DNA of 44,434 bases from Nemertoderma westbladi (Eukaryota > Animalia > Xenacoelomorpha), in contig JAUCBJ010005187.1 of assembly GCA_032718475.1 (NCBI GenBank), positions 1 through 44,434 on the forward strand, given 5' to 3'. Below, one piece after another: positions 35,810 to 44,434 of this stretch. A model generated the notes under the pieces. The model was not told where the DNA came from and did not search any database. It saw only the letters and a list, made by a program, of their open reading frames with translations. A program made the position numbers and the translations under genes. How positions within the stretch are numbered: the first letter of the stretch is position 1; the number at the start of each line of letters is the position of its first letter.

Positions 35810-35864
35810 CATTTTACAAATATGTAAACAAACTACAATAAATAATCACCAGCCCTAACTTTAC

Positions 35865-36006
35865 CTGTATAGTCGCAAAGACGAGCTTCTTTTAGGTTGC
35901 CACTAGCAACCATTGCTATGGGAACGCGACATTCGGAACAACGGAAACTCTGGGCAACCAAACCCTTCGTTGGACGAATTAACATACAAATGTGTTTCTT
36001 ATGAAC
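35865..36006 (-). CDS. DEF8: DEF8 homolog, internal exon (start of the Rubicon-homology region)
   Basis: TTTTCTTAG| ... G|GTAAAG; VHKKHICMLIRPTKGLVAQSFRCSECRVPIAMVASGNLKEARLCDYTG matches the GLxxQxxxCxxC...ARxCDYTG motif of DEF8/PLEKHM1/Rubicon proteins. Confidence 0.9.
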
Positions 36007-36161
36007 CTAAGAAAACATCGGGTTTAATTCCTGTCAGTAAAGTAAATAAAAATCAAATGAAATGTTATAAACCCAATGTAAATGTAGAGATTACAAAAAA
36101 CATCGAAAATGTGTGAATAATATATCATTATTATTATGACAATAAATATATATCAAGATAC

Positions 36162-36245
36162 CTGATTAGCTGCACACGTCCTTGTAACCTTGTTGGAACA
36201 GCGAATGTGACAGTTGAAACGGCATTTACTACATTTATACCAAAC
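36162..36245 (-). CDS. DEF8: DEF8 homolog, internal exon (second half of the C1 zinc finger)
   Basis: TTTCCTATAG| ... CAG|GTATCT; 84 nt, VWYKCSKCRFNCHIRCSNKVTRTCAANQ; phase 0 on both sides, in frame with neighbouring exons. Confidence 0.9.
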
Positions 36246-36929
36246 CTATAGGAAAGAGTTAGGTACAATATTATCAAGCATTATTATAATAAACCCACAA
36301 GTATAAGTATTACAACGGCGTATTACAGCAATAGATAATGGCCCTGGCGGCAGAAAACGATAAACATTGATTTTCACTAGCAGAGTATAATAATAAGTAA
36401 AGAAGGAACGATGACCTTAAAGTCAAAATGTATTCCATATTAATCAGAAGTATCAAATAATAGGTTAAAGAAACTACATCGTGTTGTACTGAACTCAGTG
36501 GGTTAAATAATACTACCATTACAGAAAGAAGTATTGTAAAAAAGTATAAGTTTTATTCGGCCGTTAGACCAACCAGGGATTCCGCACAAAGTTATTTCCA
36601 GTGCGGTCCCCCCAGAACTTTACTCCCCAGAGGAAACACCAGTACGCATTTAGCTACCATTTAAGGATGCAAGACAGATGCGCCCTGGCTGGTCCCTTTA
36701 AAGCATTTGTGTCGAAACGAAAACTTAGTTTATCTATATATGTAAGTAATTATTCATCAGACTGATTGGTTAGTCTAATGGTTTTAGTTGTGTTGTTCAG
36801 CTGGTGATTTAGAGAGTGCCATTTGATTTAAGTACCAGTGTTGGGGGCGGAGAAAGTATCTTGTTTATTGAATTAATAAATAGATAATTATGTAAACTGA
36901 ATTAGTTGTTAATTTGCCTGGTAGAACAT

Positions 36930-36943
36930 TGGCGACGAGAATG
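36930..36943 (+). promoter_or_regulatory. Primer-binding site, tRNA-Ser(GCT)-type
   Basis: TGGCGACGAGAATG one base after the LTR-terminal CA. Confidence 0.8.
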
Positions 36944-39057
36944 TCGAGTCCAAAAATATATTTAAATAATATTTGTTAATTAATTTTGTTACTGTATAAT
37001 AATATTTTATTACTATAATAATTTATTATGCCCTGAAATATTATCTATTGATTATTTGCGGGAAATTTGCCAACAACACAAACTGCTTTATACTGGCAAA
37101 ACTAAACCGGAGATTATTGATGTCATTCAACAATTTATGGTCGAGCATGGTTTATGTCTTAGGGCTCGATGTCTTGTTGGGTCTTGTTCAAGCCTCACAT
37201 GTTTCGGATGTCCCGATCGCGCCATCTCCGATTTTACCTCTAAATCTAAATCAGCCAGCAGCTTTTGATATGCATGAGTCTGGTAGTGATCGTCGCTGGG
37301 AGGCGTACCGAAGGGATTTTCAGACATACATACATACATACATACATACATACATACATACATACCTTCAGGCATTAGGTTCATCAATTATTGACGCGCA
37401 GAAGAGGGCTCTGTTTTTGCATTCTGCAGGTCAAGATCTGGCAAGATCGGTGGAAACCATGGTCATTTCTGAGCAAGCTGGTGAATAAAGCTATGATGCT
37501 TTTTTGATACGCCACATTGGACTACAATTTAGACCCATTGATTCTAAATTGTTTGAAATATATCGGCTGGGAGAAATGTCACAAGAGCAAGCAGAGTCCA
37601 GTCCATTAATGATTACGTAATGCGACTCAGGAAACAAGCAAAATATTGCAAGCTAACATGCAGCAATTGTTCTGCATCAATGCAATTGCTCCGCCACACA
37701 ACGATACCTTATTACGTACACGTGTATTTGAAAGAGGTCTTAATAAGCTAGATACCGTTTTGTCCTTGGCTAGAGCCATGGAAGTAGCCAAACGGCAATC
37801 CGATGCAATGAATGGGACTTCACCATCGGATGTGAATACGAGCAAGCATTTTGACAACAAAAGAACACCATCATTAGCTAAAGATAGACCAGCAGGGCAA
37901 CATGAGCAGCCAATAAAATGTAAATTTTGTGGTGGTTTCTATCGGCTAAGTCGAGAGGTTTGTCCCGGATTTGGCATTGTGGATTTTGCAAAGGGGGGAA
38001 TCATTTCGCACGATGCTGCCCAGCAAGATTCAACAACTTCGCCCCTAGAAACTCCACTTGGGTTCCACGAGGGGGGCTTTTCAGTCGCAGCCGTCCACTA
38101 ACATGATTGGTCACGAGAACGTTGTTGTGGGAGAAGATTTTGCAAACGCACTGATTGTACATATTCATTCCTTGTAAAAGGGAGGTCGCAAATTTTTGGT
38201 ACCTTAGTAATTGAAGGAACACCTAGAAAATTGCTGTTAGATTCAGGGGCATCTAGGAACATAATTCCGCTTTCATATTTACCTGGTCGATATCAGTTGT
38301 CAAAAACAGCAGCATTTGTGTGTATTTGGTAAATCAGCTGTAATCCCACTTGGGACGGCAAATTTGTCAGTTTGTTTTCCGGGACATGAGGAAGTTTATC
38401 GTGAATTGATTATAGTTCAAGACAATATTGGTTCTCCAATCCTTGGACTTCAGTTATGTGTAGAATTTAACTTTATTTCTCAGAATCCAGATACAGTTCA
38501 TGCAGTAGAACCGATAACCAAAACACCCTGGAATAATGTAATTGACTTGGTCAAAGCATATTCTGATATTTTTTCACCCAAAATAGGGAAAGTGAAAGGG
38601 TTTCAAGCTCACATTTACCTAAAACATGACGCGAAGCCAGTGTATAGGAAAGCGAGACATGTGCCCTTAGTGCTACAGTCGAAGGTTAAGGACACATTGG
38701 AAGACATGGTAAAACGGGGTACACTTAAGCCAGTGGCCACATCAGACTGGGCATCACCAATGGTTACAGTTGCTAAGCAAGGTAGTGAGGTAAGACTTTG
38801 TGCAGACTACAAAGGCACGGTTGATGGACAAATTGACACAGAAGCATATCCCCTTCCACTATTTGATAATATATTCACAAAATTGGCAAATAAAAAATTA
38901 TTCACGAAATTGGATATGCGGACTTGTTACAAACAATTTGAACTAGATGTGACCTCCAAGGAAATTCTTACAGTTAACACAACAAAAGGTATCATGTAAT
39001 ACCAACGATTACCCTACGGAATATACTCAGCCTCTGGCATAGTTTAAAGAGACTACT

Positions 39058-40430
39058 AGGATCGGCATGCTGCATTGCAGCTGCATTTTTAAGAATGCTG
39101 TGCCGGCTTGTCGACAAAATTGCGACACCACAACTCCCTATCACCCATGACATTTTATACATCATCCGCATCTTCAAGGCCAGTGTCCTTTAAGATGCAT
39201 CTCAAGAATGTCATGGACTGTCCACCATGCTTATTCACTCCATGAGGCTGCCAAAGTACAAGATTATGCACTGGCTGGTCCTCACGGCAAAAGCAATGTC
39301 CTGCAAAGCGGAGGTGACTTTGTTCTAGTGTCAAGCTTGGGGGAACCAATGTTATATAGTGTCTGGTTGGAGATGTGTGCATTGCACTTGACCCAATGAA
39401 CTCGGCGTAGCATTCTTATGAATGTGCCATCCAGAGATTCGGTGTCCTCAGCAGTTAGAGCCCAGCATGGATTCCCATAGAGGAGTACTGGAACTACTGC
39501 TGCTCTAAATAATCGGACCTTAAGTTTCCGATTAATTCTCGTTGACTTCTAAATCCTGGAAAGCCTATTCAAGGCTGCCCATGCCTTTCCCTTACGTATT
39601 CGAAGGTCATCACCTGACTTCCGGATCCATGATCCCAGGTAACTGAAGTCGTCCACATGCTCAAGCATACCATCCTTTGAGCTTATGCTCATCCGATCAG
39701 AGACTTGCTGAGGACTTTCAAAGTTAACTGTCAAAATTTTGGTCTTTCTGGAGTTAATATAAAGACCAACACTAGAAGTAGCATGTTCTAATGAGCTGAG
39801 GAGCCGTTGGGCTCCCTCTAGTGATTCTGAGAGTACTCCTAGGTCATCAGCAAAGTCTAGATCAGTTAGGTACTTGGCAGGATTTCCTCGACTTCTGGAG
39901 CCAGTAGGTGGATTTATCATCACCCCATCATCATTATGATGATCTAAGGACATGCATAGAACATAGTCAACCACAATAATGAACAAGAATGGTGCAAGTG
40001 TGTCTCCTTGGAGGACGCCCCATAACACTTCAAATGGTTCTGTGTCACCGTCAACAGTAGACACAAATGTTGTCGAACCACCGTATACTGATCTGATTGC
40101 TGCAATAATTTCATCAGGAATCCCATATAATAAAAGTATGCTGAACATACGTGAGCGAGAGATTGAATCAAAGGCCTTGAAGAAGTCAACAAAGATAACA
40201 GCCAGATGCCTGTCTTTCTTTTTGATAACTCTTCAATTATCCTTCTAAGTGCCAAAATGGGCTCCATGGTCCCACGACCTTTACGGAACCCATTCTGATT
40301 TCCACGGAGCAGTCTCTCAATGGGATCTCTGATGCGATTTAATAGAATTCTATTGTATAGCTTTGCAGCAATCGAGATCAATGAGATTCCCCGAAAAGAA
40401 CCATAGAGTGTTAGGTTACCCTTCTTGCAA
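39058..40430 (-). mobile_element. Older RTE-group LINE fragment (different family) nested antisense in the Gypsy RT
   Basis: FRGISL, NQNGFR, GVLQGDTLAPFLF, FADD, YLGS, LWQP; frameshifted. Confidence 0.9.
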
Positions 40431-40911
40431 CAAAGGTCTAGGGGCAGTTCTCTCACATAGAGTAGTCTACAAAGAATATCCAATCGATTATGGTTCATAG
40501 ACATTAACCGAAGCAGAGTACAATTACTCAAACATAGACAGAGAAGCATTGGGTATCATGAATTGGAAAATTATAATCCTATTTGTGGGGTCAACGTTTC
40601 GAGCTAGTGACTGACCAGTGGCCACAAACCTCTACTGACCATTTTTGGTAGCAAAAAGGGTCTCCCAGAACTCGTGTCTCAACGTCTTATGCAATACGCT
40701 TATCTGCATTTAACTACACAGTTGAATATCGCAAGAGTTCACTTCATGGTAACGCCGATGCCTTAAGTCGGGCTCCAACACAGTCTGAAACTTCAAAGTG
40801 GGAGACAATAAATATGGTGATAGATGAAGTAGGTCCAATTAATATTGATGAAATTAAAACAGAAACATACAAAGATGAGGACCTACGCTCTGTTATTGAT
40901 ATGATAAGACA

Positions 40912-41091
40912 AGCAAGCAAAGCAAAGCAACAAGCAAACAGTCGGCTGAAGCCGGAGGCGACCCGAAGGCTCCTCTTTCGATGGCTGCTACCCTAGGGTA
41001 GGGGTGGGCGCTACTCCTATCCCAAGATTTGCTCCCAGTTATTTAACTGGTACTCATTTTATCGACCCATCGACGATACTCATTTTTATTT
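40912..41091 (-). mobile_element. 5'-truncated SINE-like insertion in the Gypsy pol
   Basis: 12-bp TSD TATGATAAGACA (40900-40911, 41092-41103); (TTGC)n-like tail; GGTCGATAAAATGAGTACCAG core on the minus strand. Confidence 0.75.
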
Positions 41092-41822
41092 TATGATAAG
41101 ACAGTATGTTGATATTCAACCTTCGGGGATGTTGAAACCATTATGGCAGAAGAAATTCACATTCTCTGTTGAAGATAATGTTTTATTTATGGGTATCGTA
41201 GCCGGGTAGTTTTGCCAAAGTCACTTAGTAGAAGGTATTTAGATTAATTACATCGCTAAGAAGAAATCCTTGGCTCGGTTACACATTTGATGGCCGGGTT
41301 TAGACACCCAACTTGAACAATTGTCTTCAAACTGTGAAACTTGTCAGTCCAACATGAGCTCCAGGCCGCAGCAATTTTGTGACTGGCAACGTTTGGGAGC
41401 GGGTACATGTGGATTATTTCTCGTCCAATGGTCAGGACCACTTATTTCTAGTAGATTATGGGAGCAAGTGGATCGAAGTAGAGACGATCTAAGGCAACTT
41501 TAATGAAATTATTCGAATGGATTTAGTAGATTTGGTTTCCATTTACGGTTACATTCTGATGGCGGGATACAATTTACAAACAAATAATTCAAAGACAAAC
41601 TTGCGGAATGGGGTATCGAATACACAGTAAGTCCCGCTTATCACCCCCAATCCAATGGATTAGCAGAGAGGGCCGTCCGGACAGTCAAAGAATCAATATT
41701 AAAAAACGGTGTTACAAAATTAAGAGAGATATTGTTCCGGTACTGCGCGACTCATAATTATGTAAACTGTATTAGTTGTTAATTTGCCCGGTAGAACACA
41801 AACATATAGCCTATACACCCAC

Positions 41823-42107
41823 CTGCATGAACCCGAGAATGATACCCCCACAACAGTCACAGTAGTGTCTGGCAGTGATCGAGTCGGTTTTGGCGAAGGA
41901 GTGACCCAGTACCGCAGTGGCGCTCTCCCCGGCAACTAGGGCCGTCTCTACTGGGGAGATAACGTCGCACAGTTTCAACCGGAGTTCAACCAACCGCTGC
42001 ACCATAATGTTCCGCTTCTCCTTGGCCGTGGTGCCGCCCGATATGGCTGTCTTCAGACCCCGGATAGCAGCCCGTAACTCCTCAACGTCGCTCTCGTTAC
42101 AATGGAA
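41823..42107 (-). CDS. DEF8: DEF8 homolog, internal exon (N-terminal helices plus first half of the C1 domain)
   Basis: TTTTACAG| ... CAG|GTGGGT; 285 nt, FHCNESDVEELRAAI...MVQRLVELRLKL...VLGHSF...YCDCCGGIILGFMQ; parallels the remembered DEF8 pattern SDVxxLRxAI...VxRLxxLRLKL...HxF...CDxC..IIxGxxQ. Confidence 0.9.
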
Positions 42108-42375
42108 CTGTAAAACAGAGTAAAATCACTCCACATAGAATCAATCCCTGAGAAAAATCGAAGCAAATAACAACTGATTGCGAGTACCGGTATGAATAAA
42201 CTAAAACCTGTGATAGTCGTTCTCGATTAGTCTTTTGGTAAGGTAGGACCCGCCTTCGTAACCTATTCCTTTAATTTAATTGATAATTAACAAGGTTAAC
42301 TCGTCGATATGGAATTTCTGGGAATATCAACCTTCCAGCGGCAAATTTCAAAGAGGAAACCCAAAATTAAAACAA

Positions 42376-44434
42376 AGGGGATAAAGGAACCACAAAAGTT
42401 CAAATATCGGGGGATAAAGGAACCACAAAAGATCAAATATAGGGGGATAAAGGAACCACAAAAGATCAAATATAGGGGGATAAAGGAACCACAAAAGTTC
42501 AAATATAGGGGGATAAAGTAACCACAAAAGATCAAATATAGGGGGATAAAGGAACCACAAAAGATCAAATATAGGGGGATAAAGGAACCACAAAAGATCA
42601 AATATAGGGGGATAAAGGAACCACAAAAGTTCAAATATAGGGGGATAAAGGAACCACAAAAGTTCAAATATAGGGGGATAAAGGAACCACAAAAGATCAA
42701 ATATAGGGGGATAAAGTAACCACAAAAGATCAAATATAGGGGGATAAAGTAACCACAAAAGATCAAATATAGGGGGATAAAGTAACCACAAAAGATCAAA
42801 TATAGGGGGATAAAGGAACCACAAAAGTTCAAATATAGGGGGATAAAGTAACCACAAAATATCAAATATAGGGGGATAAAGTAACCACAAAAGATCAAAT
42901 ATAGGGGGATAAAGTAACCACAAAAGATCAAATATAGGGGGATAAAGGAACCACAAAAGATCAAATATAGGGGGATAAAGGAACCACAAAAGTTCAAATA
43001 TAGGGGAATAAAGGAACCACAAAAGTTCAAATATAGGGGGATAAAGGAACCACAAAAGATCAAATATAGGGGGATAAAGTAACCACAAAAGATCAAATAT
43101 AGGGGGATAAAGTAACCACAAAAGTTCAAATATAGGGGGATAAAGGAACCACAAAAGATCAAATATAGGGGGATAAAGGAACCACAAAAGATCAAATATA
43201 GGGGGATAAAGGAACCACAAAAGATCAAATATAGGGGGATAAAGGAACCACAAAAGATCAAATATAGGGGGATAAAGGAACCACAAAAGATCAAATATAG
43301 GGGGATAAAGGAACCACAAAAGATCAAATATAGGGGGATAAAGTAACCACAAAAGAACAAATATAGGGGGATAAAGGAACCACAAAAGATCAAATATAGG
43401 GGGATAAAGTAACCACAAAAGATCAAATATAGGGGGATAAAGGAACCACAAAAGATCAAATATAGGGGGATAAAGGAACCACAAAAGATCAAATATAGGG
43501 GGATAAAGGAACCACAAAAGATCAAATATAGGGGGATAAAGGAACCACAAAAGATCAAATATAGGGGGATAAAGGAACCACAAAAGATCAAATATAGGGG
43601 GATAAAGGAACCACAAAAGATCAAATATAGGGGGATAAAGGAACCACAAAAGATCAAATATAGGGGGATAAAGGAACCACAAAAGATCAAATATAGGGGG
43701 ATAAAGGAACCACAAAAGATCAAATATAGGGGGATAAAGGAACCACAAAAGATCAAATATAGGGGGATAAAGGAACCACAAAAGATCAAATATAGGGGGA
43801 TAAAGGAACCACAAAAGATCAAATATAGGGGGATAAAGGAACCACAAAAGATCAAATATAGGGGGATAAAGGAACCACAAAAGATCAAATATAGGGGGAT
43901 AAAGGAACCACAAAAGATCAAATATAGGGGGATAAAGGAACCACAAAAGTTCAAATATAGGGGGATAAAGGAACCACAAAAGATCAAATATAGGGGGATA
44001 AAGGAACCACAAAAGTTCAAATATAGGGGGATAAAGTAACCACAAAATATCAAATATAGGGGGATAAAGTAACCACAAAAGATCAAATATAGGGGGATAA
44101 AGTAACCACAAAAGATCAAATATAGGGGGATAAAGTAACCACAAAAGTTCAAATATAGGGGGATAAAGGAACCACAAAAGTTCAAATATAGGGGGATAAA
44201 GTAACCACAAAAGATCAAATATAGGGGGATAAAGGAACCACAAAAGATCAAATATAGGGGGATAAAGGAACCACAAAAGATCAAATATAGGGGGATAAAG
44301 GAACCACAAAAGATCAAATATAGGGGGATAAAGGAACCACAAAAGATCAAATATGGGGGGATAAAGTAACCACAAAAGATCAAATATAGGGGGATAAAGG
44401 AACCACAAAAGATCAAATATAGGGGGATAAAGTA
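42376..44434. repeat. 33-bp minisatellite (GGGGGATAAAGGAACCACAAAAGATCAAATATA), runs off the window edge
   Basis: About 62 tandem copies. Confidence 0.97.

Larger units (their letters stand above)
36482..41798 (+). mobile_element. Degenerate Ty3/Gypsy LTR retrotransposon in a DEF8 intron
   Basis: 5' LTR about 36482-36928; gag (RWEAY...QKRALFLH, CKFCG), protease LLDSGA (~38230), RT N-half (WASPMV, LCADYK, KLD), RNase H (~40440-40770), integrase ([21 protein letters not shown]); 45-bp 3' LTR remnant at 41754-41798 matches 36884-36928. Confidence 0.9.

Overview
This is eukaryotic (invertebrate-animal-like) intronic DNA, not prokaryotic. Three spliced exons of a DEF8 homolog lie on the minus strand (41823-42107, 36162-36245, 35865-36006). 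No further DEF8 exon was recognised to their left, so most of the window is probably one very large intron. Inside it, on the opposite strand, I reconstruct a 3-exon, 63-aa secreted pre-pro-peptide gene (18290-18358, 27345-27396, 32468-32538) with a signal peptide, WSPYDPDDEPVW-G-R and dibasic sites; it is absent from the ORF track. The rest is a nest of transposons: BEL/Pao-like gag fragments, a degenerate Gypsy element, three RTE-group LINE copies, hAT and Harbinger-type MITEs, SINE fragments and about a dozen 21-40 bp minisatellites, which account for nearly all the long repetitive ORFs. Four retroelement features stand out: (i) an array of kink-turn/UUCG and GAAA-tetraloop RNA modules upstream of a BEL-like gag; (ii) a small ORF coupled to that gag by an AUGA stop-start overlap; (iii) a gag-protease element with no RT that is followed by a DEDDy 3'-5' exonuclease ORF; (iv) two diverged, colinear copies of a ~1.2-kb non-coding LTR-leader-like sequence. 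All homology calls are by eye; no searches were run.
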